From positions 148 through 64,147 of the forward strand of contig JBDLJA010000011.1 of the NCBI GenBank assembly GCA_039714595.1: a stretch of 64,000 nucleotides of DNA. The letters are read 5' to 3'. The notes beneath the pieces were generated by a model. That model worked only from the letters and a program-made list of their open reading frames with translations, was not told the origin of the DNA and did not search any database. A program made the position numbers and the translations under genes. Positions 38,918-48,948 of this stretch are shown here, piece by piece. The stretch comes from Thermodesulfobacteriota bacterium. GTDB lineage: Bacteria > Desulfobacterota > Desulfobulbia > Desulfobulbales > SURF-16. Position 1 is the stretch's first letter. Every line of letters starts with the position of its first letter.

Positions 38918-39605
38918 GGGGCATGAGGTCCAGGCGATGTTTGACTCCATCGCCGGCCGCTATGACCTGCTGAACCGGGTGATGACCCTGGGCCAGGATC
39001 AGCGCTGGCGCCGCTTTGTGGTGGATAAGGTGGGGGACCCGGGCCCGGAGGCCTGGCTGCTCGATCTGGCCACCGGCACCGGCGATATTGCCGCCCTGTT
39101 CAGCGAAAAATACCCGGACGCGCAGATAATCGGCGCTGATTTTTCCCAGAATATGCTGCAGGAGGCCAAGAGGCGCATGGGCGCACGGCCGATAAACTGG
39201 CAGGCGTGTGACGCCAACCAGCTGCCCTTTGCCGATAACTCCCTTAGGGCGGTGACCTTCGGTTATCTGCTCCGGAATGTGGCTGACGTGGCCCAGGTCT
39301 TAACTGAGATTAACCGGGTCCTGGTGCCCGGCGGCATCGTGGTCAGCCTGGACACCACTCCGCCGGCCAAAAACATCCTCTACCCCTTTATCCGCGCCTA
39401 CCTGCGCTGGGGGATTCCCCTGCTGGGCCGGGTGCTGGCCCTGGATCAGGGGGCGTACAGCTACCTGACCCAGTCCACCATGGAGTTTTATGGGGCCGAG
39501 GCGCTGGCCGGGATCTTTCAGGAGGCCGGTTTCGCCGACGTGGCCCATAAGAGATTCATGGCCGGCACCATCGCCGTCCATTGGGGCCGCAAGGTTTCGG
39601 CTTAG
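38910..39605 (+). CDS. ubiE: Ubiquinone/menaquinone C-methyltransferase (UbiE/MenG)
   Basis: MFDSIAGRYDLLNRVM, LDLATGTGD, LPFADNS and RVLVPGG. Confidence 0.88.
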   Translation: MAKGHEVQAMFDSIAGRYDLLNRVMTLGQDQRWRRFVVDKVGDPGPEAWLLDLATGTGDIAALFSEKYPDAQIIGADFSQNMLQEAKRRMGARPINWQACDANQLPFADNSLRAVTFGYLLRNVADVAQVLTEINRVLVPGGIVVSLDTTPPAKNILYPFIRAYLRWGIPLLGRVLALDQGAYSYLTQSTMEFYGAEALAGIFQEAGFADVAHKRFMAGTIAVHWGRKVSA

Positions 39606-39650
39606 CTGCCCCTGCCTCTCTGGCTAAGTTTTAGCAAGAGTAGAAAAAAA

Positions 39651-40259
39651 TTATTTCTCCTGCTTGGGGAAAACCTTCAGGATAACCACATCCTCCACCG
39701 GCACGTCATTATACATGCCGCTGTGGCCCCGGGGGGTGGCGACGATGGCATCTGCCACCTCCATGCCCTTGACCACCCGGCCGAAGACGGCGTAGCCATA
39801 CTCCCGGCGTTTCATGGAGCGGTGGTCCAGGCTGGTGTTGTCCTTGACGTTGATGAAAAACTGGGCGGTGGCGCTGTTTACCTCATTGGTCCGGGCCATG
39901 GCCAGGGTGCCCCGTTTGTTCTTCAGACCGTTATGGGCCTCGTTCATAATGGGACCCCGGCCGGCTCTCTTCTTCATGCCCGGCTCAAAACCGCCGCCCT
40001 GGATCATGAATCCGGGGATAACCCGGTGAAAGATCAGGCCGTTGAAGAAGCCGTCTTTAACGTATTGGCGGAAGTTCTGGCAGGAGAGGGGGGCCTTGGC
40101 GTCGAACAGCTCGATCTCCATGGTGCCCTTGCTGGTCTCCATGATGATGTTTTTTTTGCCCGTCGGGGCCGTTGCCGCCGTCTCTGCCGACTGGCCGGGG
40201 GTTGTCAGGGCAAGAAGGGCGATGAAGGTGAAGCAGAGGGTGATAAGTTTTACTTTCAT
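39651..40259 (-). CDS. ppiA: Periplasmic cyclophilin-type peptidyl-prolyl isomerase
   Basis: Signal peptide, FHRVIPGFMIQGGG, AMART and QFFIN. Confidence 0.93.
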   Translation of the reverse strand: MKVKLITLCFTFIALLALTTPGQSAETAATAPTGKKNIIMETSKGTMEIELFDAKAPLSCQNFRQYVKDGFFNGLIFHRVIPGFMIQGGGFEPGMKKRAGRGPIMNEAHNGLKNKRGTLAMARTNEVNSATAQFFINVKDNTSLDHRSMKRREYGYAVFGRVVKGMEVADAIVATPRGHSGMYNDVPVEDVVILKVFPKQEK

Positions 40260-40454
40260 TATGGCCTCGCTGTTGGCTTTTGGGTTTAGGGGTTGTGGCG
40301 GTTTTTTTTGCTGTTAAAGGGAAAAGGCTAATGACTGGCGGGGGACGCGTGCTTTGGCAAAGAGATAGCCTGGCTATCTTGAAATCTGGCCCGGCTGCTC
40401 CCCGCAATTAATTTTTCCATCTTACTTTAATATGTTGGTAATACAGAGAAAAAA

Positions 40455-41540
40455 ATGATCATTCGCCCCGTCCCCAAATTGTCTGCCATGATCATCGTCC
40501 TCTTCTGGCTCCTCCTGGGCCATGGCAGTTCCGCCCTGGCGGCAAATTTTGTCAACATCCTCATCTACCATCACTTTGGCGATGCGCGTTATCCCAGCGC
40601 CAATGTTGATACCGAACAGTTTGCCCGGCAGATGGAGTGGCTGGCGGCCAACGATTATCAGGTGATAAGCCTGGCGGAACTGGTCCGCTTGCGGCAAGAG
40701 AGTAAAGAACTGCCCGCCAAGAGCGTGGTTATCACCATTGATGACGGCTACAAATCGGTCTATGAAAACGCTTGGCCCATCCTCAAGAAACATGGTTTCC
40801 CCTTCACCCTGTTTGTCTACACCCAAGCCCTGGCGAGGGGTTACGCCAATTATATGAGCTGGGAGCAGATCAGGGAGCTGGCCGCGGCCGGCGTTGCTCT
40901 TGAAGACCATAGCTTTGCTCATCACCATCTGGCCTTCCGGCCCCACGGGCTGGATGAAGCAGCCTACCGGGCCTGGATCGCTAACGACCTTGCCCGCTCC
41001 CAGGCCGTTTTCGCCCGGGAGCTGGCCAGCAGGCCCCGCTTCCTGGCCCTGCCCTATGGCGAGTATAACCCCATTGTCATCGATGAGGCGCGGAAGCTGG
41101 GCTATGAGGCGGTCCTGAACCAGAACTCCGGTCCGGTGGGTCCCTTTACCGACCTCTTCTCCCTGCCCCGCCACGCCATTCTTGGCAAGGATTGGGTCAA
41201 TATCGATCATTTTCAGAAGATCATGGCCCAGGCGGCCCTGCCGGTGGCCGATGCGAGCCCGGCAAGTGGCCAGCTTGCTGACCCCCTGGTGCGTGAGTTT
41301 TCCGTCCGTCTCCTTAAGCCTGATGACTATGTGGCTGGCTCTTTTGGTTTCTGGGTCTCTGGTCTCGGCTGGCACAAGGCCCGGCGCCAGGGGGACGTGC
41401 TCAGCTTCAGTACCGATCTGCCCCTCACCCACCAGGTGAGCCGGGTGGTGGTAAGCGGCCGGGAAAAGGTGAGCGGCCGCCTGGCCAGCCACACCTGGAT
41501 GCTCATCCAGCCCGATGCCGGGCGAGAAGGGGAGGGGTAG
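40455..41540 (+). CDS. Exported polysaccharide deacetylase (CE4)
   Basis: LIYHHF, ITIDDGY, DHSFAH and LPYGE. Confidence 0.9.
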   Translation: MIIRPVPKLSAMIIVLFWLLLGHGSSALAANFVNILIYHHFGDARYPSANVDTEQFARQMEWLAANDYQVISLAELVRLRQESKELPAKSVVITIDDGYKSVYENAWPILKKHGFPFTLFVYTQALARGYANYMSWEQIRELAAAGVALEDHSFAHHHLAFRPHGLDEAAYRAWIANDLARSQAVFARELASRPRFLALPYGEYNPIVIDEARKLGYEAVLNQNSGPVGPFTDLFSLPRHAILGKDWVNIDHFQKIMAQAALPVADASPASGQLADPLVREFSVRLLKPDDYVAGSFGFWVSGLGWHKARRQGDVLSFSTDLPLTHQVSRVVVSGREKVSGRLASHTWMLIQPDAGREGEG

Positions 41541-41542
41541 AG

Positions 41543-41761
41543 ATGCGGCGCTTTCTCCAAGATCTCACCTGGCCCATGCTGGCCATTCTCTGCCTCACCC
41601 TGGGATTGGCCCCCTTTGCCCCGCCCCACATCTGGGAGAAATTATCCATCCTTGTTGCCCATGGCCGCCTGGCGGCGCCGGTTGACTGGTTTGACCTGGC
41701 CATGCATGGCGCCCCCTGGCTCTTAGTGGTGGCCAAGCTTATCTGGGGGAGAGGGGAATAA
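41543..41761 (+). CDS. Small membrane protein
   Basis: LGLAPFAPPHIWEKL...DWFDLAMHGAPW; GGAGG RBS; starts 2 nt after the deacetylase stop. Confidence 0.75.
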   Translation: MRRFLQDLTWPMLAILCLTLGLAPFAPPHIWEKLSILVAHGRLAAPVDWFDLAMHGAPWLLVVAKLIWGRGE

Positions 41762-41808
41762 ACAGAGAACTATGGAATATCGAATAAGGAATGGCGAATG
41801 GCGAAGTC

Positions 41809-41884
41809 GTAGGGTGGGCTGAGCCCACCGTTTCTGCCAATTGGCCTGCCGAGCCATTCTTTCGGTGGGCCCAGCCCACCCTAC
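41809..41884. repeat. GTAG-family REP doublet (REPIN-like)
   Basis: GTAGGGTGGGCTGAGCCCACC (41809-41829) and an inverted copy at 41864-41884 with 1 mismatch; each copy is internally palindromic. Confidence 0.85.
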
Positions 41885-42088
41885 AACTGTTTTTATAAAA
41901 AAACTTTGCGCCTTCGAAGTCTGCGCTTATCTGCGCTGAATTTATATTGGCTGGCTATGGGCAACTGCAGGTAAGCGACCGGAGGGAGACTCTGAACCGT
42001 TAACTTTACGCCAGAAGAGGCGCTGATGCCTCACAAGAGGGGTAGATAATAGTGGCTGAAAGTCACTCTGGTAATCAGCTAAAAAAAA

Positions 42089-43138
42089 TTACTTACCGAA
42101 ATGGCAGATGGGGTAGGTGCACTTCTTACAGTTGCTGCACAGGCCGCCGTGGCCCAGGGCGGCCAGATCAGCCCGGGTCAGCCGTTCACCGGTGAGGACG
42201 CGGGGCAGGACCAGGTCAAAGACGGTGATCCGGTGGAACATGCCGCAGGCGGGCAGTCCCATCACCGGTATCTGGCCGATTCGGCCCACCAGAAACATGG
42301 CGCCGGGCAGGACCGGGGTGCCGTAGACAGTATCCTCGGCCCCGGCCAGACTGATGCCCTGGCGGGTGACGTCGTCCGGGTCCACTGACATGCCGCCGCT
42401 GGTGATTATGCAGTCACAGCCGGCAGCAATGGCGTCGCCAATCTCCCTGGCAATCTCCGCCGGGTCATCCGGGGCAAAGGCCACCCGCTTCACCTGGGAG
42501 CCCAGGCGGGCCAGCTTGTCGCGCAAGACCGGCTCAAAACGGTCCTTGATCCGGCCGTAGTACACCTCGTTGCCGGTGATTACCAGGCCGGCCTGAACCG
42601 TTGCCAGCTCCCTCACCTGGAGGATACCGTTCTCCCCGCCATGGGCGGCGGCCGCCGCCACTATCTGGCGCTGGGCGGTCAAGGGGATGAGGCGGGTGGC
42701 GGCCACCTGGGTGCCCTTTGTTACCGGGGTGTTGTGGTGCAGGGTGGCGCCCATCACCTCGCCGCCCAGGTTGAACTGGTAGAGGCGCTGGACATCCACC
42801 TGGAGGAGACCGTTGTGGGTCGCCACCAGGCTCAACTTGCCCTCGTCCGGGGTGCCGGACACCTCCACCCCCTGGCCGCAGAGGCCGTCGGCCAGAATGA
42901 CCGCTGCCTCGTTTTCATGGATCTCGTCAGGCCCCAGGGTGAGGACGTAGATGTGGTCCTTGCCCAGCCGTTTCAGATGATCCACATCCTCGGCTCGGAT
43001 AATATGCCCCTTCTTAAAGGCCGGGCCCTTGAAGTCGCCTTCCTCCTGGCCAAATTTGTCGATGGTCCGGATCTCGGTCACGTCATGGGGCAGTACCAAC
43101 CCCACAGCCTCTTCCACCGGTACGGTCTTTGTCGCCAT
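42089..43138 (-). CDS. Molybdopterin-binding (MoeA-like) protein with a C-terminal Cys cluster
   Basis: LPHDVTEI, FKKGH, ITGNEV, GGMSVDPDD, PVLPG and GGLCSNCKKCTYPICHFGK. Confidence 0.88.
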   Translation of the reverse strand: MATKTVPVEEAVGLVLPHDVTEIRTIDKFGQEEGDFKGPAFKKGHIIRAEDVDHLKRLGKDHIYVLTLGPDEIHENEAAVILADGLCGQGVEVSGTPDEGKLSLVATHNGLLQVDVQRLYQFNLGGEVMGATLHHNTPVTKGTQVAATRLIPLTAQRQIVAAAAAHGGENGILQVRELATVQAGLVITGNEVYYGRIKDRFEPVLRDKLARLGSQVKRVAFAPDDPAEIAREIGDAIAAGCDCIITSGGMSVDPDDVTRQGISLAGAEDTVYGTPVLPGAMFLVGRIGQIPVMGLPACGMFHRITVFDLVLPRVLTGERLTRADLAALGHGGLCSNCKKCTYPICHFGK

Positions 43139-43586
43139 TCAATCATACTCCTATATTCAGCCCCTAACCCCCGGGGTAGTTAAACAGATCAAAAATAAAT
43201 GTGAATACCAAGTAACTTCAGCGAAGTTCACTTGGTTGGGCAATTATCAGGCAAGAAAACCGCTTTGCCAAAGCGATCTGCCCCGGAACCCCCGGAAAGC
43301 ACAGAATGAATTTACTCAATTTAAGTCTCTTCTGGGGATTTCGTGGCAAAATTAAAGGGGCAAATCTCTTTTGCTGAATTTTATTGGTAATCACAAAAAG
43401 AAAATGGAAATTTAGCACAGGAGCTGGGGCTGGGCAACCTACCATATTGACAATGGCTAAATATCTACTAACATGCCCTGGAATCTGCTTTTTCTCTATA
43501 ATATTAGCTCCCCTGAGCAAGGTCGCCGTTGTCCTGCAGGGGATAATCAGCGTGACTTAAAGTCTTTCTGGCAAACATAGAAAAAC

Positions 43587-45143
43587 ATGGAAAATTCTCG
43601 GAGCAGCTGGCAGTCAAATATTGGTTTTCTCCTGGCGGCCATTGGTTCCGCCATCGGCCTTGGTAATGTCTGGCGTTTCAGCTATATGGCCCATGAGCAC
43701 GGGGGCGGCGCCTTTCTCATCCCCTATCTGGTGGCCCTGGTGGTGGCCGGCTTGCCCATAATGCTCCTTGAGTATGGGGTGGGTCACCGGGAGAAGGGCT
43801 CTTCGCCGCTCAGCTTTCACCGGGTGAGACCTGGCTTTGAGTGGATTGGCTGGTGGATGCCGGTGGTGGCCATGTTCGGCATCATGCTCTACTACTCCGT
43901 GGTCATCGGCTGGTGCATCAACTATCTCATCTTTTCGTTGACCCTGGCCTGGGGTGACGACCCGCAGAAATTCTTCTTCACAAACTTCCTCCAGCTCTCC
44001 GATTCTGCGGCGGATCTGGGCGGTTTTCGCCTCCCCATTCTGACCTCCACCGCCCTGGTCTGGTTCCTCTGCTGGCTCATCTGTTTTCGCGACATCAGCC
44101 ATGGCATTGAAAAGGCGAGTAAGCTCTTCATGCCGCTGCTCTTCCTCCTCACCGGGATCATGGTGATCTGGACCCTTCGCCTGGACGGGGCCTGGCCTGC
44201 CATCCGCGATCACTACTTCTCGGCCGACTGGGAGAAGATCAACGTCTTCAGCGCCAGCCCGGAGCAGCGCCAGGCCGCCTTAAAGGTGTGGGTGGCGGCC
44301 TTTGGCCAGATCTTTTTCACCCTCTCCTTAGGCTTTGGCATCATGATCACCTATGCCTCATACCTGCCCACCAGGGTCAATATCGGCGCCAACGCCCTTA
44401 TCACCTGTGTCATAAACTGTTTTTATTCGCTGATTGCCGGCCTGGCCGTCTTCGGCGTGGTGGGTTTCATGGCCCAGAGTCAGGGGGTGGGTTTCGCCGA
44501 GGCCATCAAGGGGGGGCCGCAGCTGGCCTTTGTCGTCTACCCCAAGGCGATCTCGCTCATGCCGCACTTCGCCCAGCTCTTCGGCTTTATCTTCTTTCTC
44601 ATCCTGGTCCTGGCCGGCCTTACCTCCGGGGTCTCGCTCATCGAGGCCTTTACCTGTTCGCTGATTGATAAGTTCGCCATTCCCCGGCAGTTGGTGGTGA
44701 CCCTGGTCTGCGCGGCCGGACTCATGGGCAGTCTCATCTTCACCACCAACGGCGGCCTTTACGTGCTGGACATCGCCGATCACTTCATTACCAACTACGG
44801 TCTTATCATTGGCGGTCTGCTGGAGTGCCTCATTGTCGGCTGGGTCTTGAAGGCGACGGTTCTGGCCCGTCATTTTCGCCAGACCGGCAGCCCTGTGCCG
44901 CGGCTGTGGAACTTCTTTATTAAATTCACCACCCCTCTGATCCTGGCTGTCCTTCTCTACCTCTCGGCCCGGGTTGACCTGGGGGCCAATTATGAGGGGT
45001 ATAAGGGCGGCCAGCTTCTCCTCTACGGCGGCGGGGTGATGCTCTTCTGTCTTATCCTGGCCCTGGCTTTAAGCCTCTGGCCCTGGCGGCCCCAGGGTCT
45101 TGAACAGCTCCATCGCCCCGAGGATGAGGAGCTCTTGACATGA
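43587..45143 (+). CDS. Sodium-dependent transporter, NSS/SNF family
   Basis: GSAIGLGNVWRF, GGGAFLIPY, QIFFTLS and LAFVVYP. Confidence 0.95.
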   Translation: MENSRSSWQSNIGFLLAAIGSAIGLGNVWRFSYMAHEHGGGAFLIPYLVALVVAGLPIMLLEYGVGHREKGSSPLSFHRVRPGFEWIGWWMPVVAMFGIMLYYSVVIGWCINYLIFSLTLAWGDDPQKFFFTNFLQLSDSAADLGGFRLPILTSTALVWFLCWLICFRDISHGIEKASKLFMPLLFLLTGIMVIWTLRLDGAWPAIRDHYFSADWEKINVFSASPEQRQAALKVWVAAFGQIFFTLSLGFGIMITYASYLPTRVNIGANALITCVINCFYSLIAGLAVFGVVGFMAQSQGVGFAEAIKGGPQLAFVVYPKAISLMPHFAQLFGFIFFLILVLAGLTSGVSLIEAFTCSLIDKFAIPRQLVVTLVCAAGLMGSLIFTTNGGLYVLDIADHFITNYGLIIGGLLECLIVGWVLKATVLARHFRQTGSPVPRLWNFFIKFTTPLILAVLLYLSARVDLGANYEGYKGGQLLLYGGGVMLFCLILALALSLWPWRPQGLEQLHRPEDEELLT

Positions 45144-45658
45144 AGGACCAGGATTTTAGCCAGCTGCACCGGGCCCAGGAAGAGATTGCTAAGGACCTCA
45201 CCGCCTTTTTTGAGAGCGATGACTTCAGCCACTGCCGTTTTGTGGTCAATGAGTTTGATCTCTTCACCCTCTTTCTCGTCTCCGCCGCCTGGCTGGCCAG
45301 CGGTGATGACAGCCGGCAAGCCCCCCTGGTGGCCTTTCATAAGGCCCATCTCCTGGCCATGGTTGAGGGTATCATGGCCGGTCAGCTAGATGAGGTGGAT
45401 AGTGAACGGCAGGAGACCCTGGTGACCATGGTGGGAAATATTGCCGAGACCAGGTTGCGCGATTATTTTTCCCTGCTGCAGAAGGCCAAGGAGCAGGATG
45501 CCCACCTGCGCTTTTCCACCATCTGTGACGCCTTTCTGGTGAATTTTTTTAACTATGACGACCCGCAGATCCTGGCCCGCATCACCCCCCTGGTCCAGGA
45601 ACTCTTTCACCAGGCCCAGCAATCCCTGGCCCCCTCTTCTTCGGAGGCCCAGCCATGA
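45140..45658 (+). CDS. Hypothetical helical protein
   Basis: 172 aa ORF with 4-nt ATGA overlaps at both ends and host-like codon usage. Confidence 0.7.
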   Translation: MKDQDFSQLHRAQEEIAKDLTAFFESDDFSHCRFVVNEFDLFTLFLVSAAWLASGDDSRQAPLVAFHKAHLLAMVEGIMAGQLDEVDSERQETLVTMVGNIAETRLRDYFSLLQKAKEQDAHLRFSTICDAFLVNFFNYDDPQILARITPLVQELFHQAQQSLAPSSSEAQP

Positions 45659-46827
45659 GCAAGGCGCCCATCTCCCTTGAGTCGGCCGAAGGGGGGGAGG
45701 TGATGATCGTCGCTGGTGAGGCGTCGGGCGAGATGTACGGGGCCCGCCTGGCCACCGAGCTTCAGCGCGCGGTGCCAGGGCTCACCATCAGCGGCATGGG
45801 AGGGCCTGCCATGGCTGCGGCCGGGGTGGAGATCCTGGTGGACACCGCCACCATGGCGGTGATGGGGCTGGTGGAGGTTATCTCCCACTTCTTTACCATT
45901 CGCGCGGCCAGGAAAAAGCTTGTGGCCCGGATGAAGAAGCGCCCCCGCCTCCTCATCCTCATTGATTACGCGGAGTTTAACCTGCTGCTGGCCAAAGAGG
46001 CCAAGGCGCTGGGTATTCCGGTCCTCTACTATATCAGCCCCAAGGTGTGGGTCTGGCGCAGCGGCCGGGTGGCCAAGATCAAGGCCCGGGTGGACGCCAT
46101 GGCCGTGATCCTGCCCTTTGAGGTGGAGTTTTACCGGCGCTACGGGATGGAGGTTACCTATGTGGGCCATCCCCTGGTGGAGATGGTTAAGGCGGACAAG
46201 TCCGCCCGGCAATTCCTGGGTGGCCATGGCCTGACGCCTAAGGGCCCGGTCATCGGCATCCTGCCGGGCAGCCGCAAAAAGGAGGTGGCAGCCATGCTCC
46301 CCGTATTCCTTGCGGCCGCCGCCCGCCTGGCCGAGGAATTTGGCGATCTCACCTTTATTCTCCCCCTGGCCCCAACCATCAGCCGAGCCGACCTGGAGGC
46401 AAGCGGCCTGGGCCAATCAGAGGTGGAGGTCGCGGTGATCCCCGGTGATGAGCGCTATGAGCTGATGGCCGCCTGTGATCTTGTCATGGCCGCCTCTGGC
46501 ACGGTGACCCTGGAGCTTGCCATCCTCCAGGTGCCGATGATCGTCTCATACCGCTTGTCGCCCCTGACCTATCATATCGGCCGCCGGCTCATTAAGGTTG
46601 AATATGCCTCCCTGGTTAACCTCATCGCCGGGCGGCCGGTGGTGCCGGAGCTCCTGCAGTATGAGGCCACCGGCGCCAAGGTGGCGGCGGCCCTGGCCCG
46701 GCTCATGCCCGGCAGTGACGGCCACCGGCAGCAGAAGATTGAGCTTGCCGCGGTGCGGGACGAACTGGGCCAGGGGGGCTGCGCCAAGCGGGTGGCGGAC
46801 TTGGCCCTGGCCACCATGGGTAAGTGA
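45655..46827 (+). CDS. lpxB: Lipid-A-disaccharide synthase
   Basis: VAGEASG, YYISPKVWVWR, ILPFE, VGHP, LPGSR, SGTVTLE and PELLQ. Confidence 0.96.
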   Translation: MSKAPISLESAEGGEVMIVAGEASGEMYGARLATELQRAVPGLTISGMGGPAMAAAGVEILVDTATMAVMGLVEVISHFFTIRAARKKLVARMKKRPRLLILIDYAEFNLLLAKEAKALGIPVLYYISPKVWVWRSGRVAKIKARVDAMAVILPFEVEFYRRYGMEVTYVGHPLVEMVKADKSARQFLGGHGLTPKGPVIGILPGSRKKEVAAMLPVFLAAAARLAEEFGDLTFILPLAPTISRADLEASGLGQSEVEVAVIPGDERYELMAACDLVMAASGTVTLELAILQVPMIVSYRLSPLTYHIGRRLIKVEYASLVNLIAGRPVVPELLQYEATGAKVAAALARLMPGSDGHRQQKIELAAVRDELGQGGCAKRVADLALATMGK

Positions 46828-47040
46828 TTCGTTTAGTTGAAAAACTCGCCACTCCGCGTTTAGGGAAATTGGCCTGGTAAACGTTCCGTTCAGGCGGAAT
46901 TTAAACACCCTGGCAATTGTCCCCATGTCTGGTTTTACATTATAAAACTCTATAATCGTTTTTCTTTACGTAAATTTAGTTGGCTCAAGACCGCAGGGGA
47001 CCTTGGGCCAGACTTTTGAACCATCGATTTGGAGGCTGCC

Positions 47041-48648
47041 ATGTCAGACCAACACCTGTCCCACCTTATGAAATTAATTGAGGTCAATCAGGTTTATGGT
47101 AGCTACTCCTATCTGAAGTCCCTGCCCCTTGACGTCTCCATCCCCAACCGGCAGAAGTTGCTTGCTGAAATGGAAGAGAAGGTGTTAAAGGCCAAAACCC
47201 TGGTGAAACAGGTGGACCATCTTCTCGAGAAGGGTGAGTATCCCCGGGCCCTTAACTACCTGAAGAGCGCCAAGGACATCGTCCCGGACTACCCCAAGAT
47301 CAATACCGATATAAAGTTCATCCAGGCCACCATGGATGATATCAAGGGTAACCTTGATGCTGCCGAGAAGGCCGCCCGCCATGGCGATCAAGGTAAGGTT
47401 GCCGCCCTTCTCAAAGAGGTGGCCAAGATTGACCGGGGTAACAAGGATATTGCTGGAATCAAGGCTCACCTGGCTAAAGGGCAGCGGCTAAAAAAGGTTA
47501 AGAAGATTTCTCTGATCGCCCTGGCCCTTCTTTTGCCCCTGATATACCTATGTTTTGAATCATACTCCCTGGACAAGGCCCAGAGCCACTGGTCCAAGGC
47601 CACTGCCCTCTTGGCCCGCCAGGATTATCAGGGCTCCCAGGAGAGCATCAACGCCGCCCTGGCCAAGCTGCGGCGTGTTCGTCTGATTAGTCAGGAGAAG
47701 AAGGGCAAGCTGACTAAATGGATCATGGATATGCAGTTTTCCACCACCTTTCAGCAGGGGTTGGAGGGCAAGGTCATCAATAATGGCTTTTATCAGCCCG
47801 AGGAGGCGCAGGTTCAGAAGGAACGGATTGCCTATCTGGAGAAAGAGGCCCGGGGCCAGGCCCGGAAAAAGGAGTTTACCAAGGCCATTGTTACCTATAA
47901 CGAGGCCTTAAGCATTGCCCGTCTCGATGTGGAGCTGCATCACGCCACCATTGACCGTCTCCAGCAGAGTATTGACTCCTTTAAACTGCAGCAGCGCAAT
48001 GATCGGGTTCAGGCGGATCTGAACCAGTTTCAACTGCTCATTACCCAGGCCGACACCTTACTGGCCGAGGAGAAGTGGCCGGAGGCAAAGCTTGCCTACA
48101 GCGGGGTCCATGAATTTGCCCTGAATAAAGGACTTGATCTTCCCGCCCTCCTGGTTAAGGCGGAGCAGGGTCGCGACATCGCCGCCATTCAGATTGTCCT
48201 CGCCCAGGCCCGCAGCCTGGAGAAGGAGGGGGCTGATATTGTCGCCATCATCTCCAGTTATGATAAGGCGATGACCATGGCCAGCAAGGCCGATCTCTCT
48301 GGCCATCCGTTCCTGGCTGCCAGCCGTAACCATTTGGCCCAACTGGCCAAGACAACAGGCCTGAGCAGGTTTAAGCTGCTGGAGGCCCAGGGTGATGAAC
48401 TGGCCAGCAGCAAGCTGTTTGTTGAGGCGGTTGGCAAATATGAGAAGGCCCTGGAACTCCTGAACAATAAGCAAGGCATGGGGTCGGCCCAGCCGGATGA
48501 CAAGCTTCGTCTCCGCTCCAAGGTGGAGCAGTGCAAGCGCCTCGAGCTGGCGGCGGCCGCCAAAGATGATCAGGTAAAGGCTGGTTCTGGGGACGCTTTG
48601 GCCCATGACAACCAGCTTATCCGCCAAAGTGACCAACTCCACGGTTGA
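47041..48648 (+). CDS. Single-pass membrane TPR / coiled-coil protein
   Basis: TPR-like helices on both sides of one TM (KKISLIALALLLPLIYLCF); GGAGG RBS. Confidence 0.75.
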   Translation: MSDQHLSHLMKLIEVNQVYGSYSYLKSLPLDVSIPNRQKLLAEMEEKVLKAKTLVKQVDHLLEKGEYPRALNYLKSAKDIVPDYPKINTDIKFIQATMDDIKGNLDAAEKAARHGDQGKVAALLKEVAKIDRGNKDIAGIKAHLAKGQRLKKVKKISLIALALLLPLIYLCFESYSLDKAQSHWSKATALLARQDYQGSQESINAALAKLRRVRLISQEKKGKLTKWIMDMQFSTTFQQGLEGKVINNGFYQPEEAQVQKERIAYLEKEARGQARKKEFTKAIVTYNEALSIARLDVELHHATIDRLQQSIDSFKLQQRNDRVQADLNQFQLLITQADTLLAEEKWPEAKLAYSGVHEFALNKGLDLPALLVKAEQGRDIAAIQIVLAQARSLEKEGADIVAIISSYDKAMTMASKADLSGHPFLAASRNHLAQLAKTTGLSRFKLLEAQGDELASSKLFVEAVGKYEKALELLNNKQGMGSAQPDDKLRLRSKVEQCKRLELAAAAKDDQVKAGSGDALAHDNQLIRQSDQLHG

Positions 48649-48694
48649 TAATTTTTCCCTCCTCTCATCACATTTCCTCCTAATTTCCTCCCCT

Positions 48695-48740
48695 AGAAGA
48701 ACCGCCCCCATCGTCCTGGTGGGGCGCGGTTCTTCTTTCT
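48695..48740 (+). terminator. Intrinsic terminator
   Basis: AGAAGAACCGCCCCCA...TGGGGCGCGGTTCTTCT followed by TTCT, downstream of the TPR gene. Confidence 0.55.
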
Positions 48741-48948
48741 TGCTGGCCATGAAAGTTAGTTGCCAGTTGTCTCGTTATTCTTTATTAATATATTTCTATA
48801 GTTGTTAACTTTAGTCGCGTATCGAAAGATCCCGTCTAGCCCCAATAAAGCAGCTGCTATTTTAGGGCGGTCTGCTGGCCCCGCTGGACTTGACCATTGA
48901 GGACTTTGGGGTGGTCTCTTAAAGCCTTGTAGTTGCGCCTAAATCGCC

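Noticed and set aside
43139-43586. Moco or amino-acid riboswitch between the MoeA-like and NSS genes
   Set aside because: Small hairpins are present, but no conserved aptamer motif was recognised.
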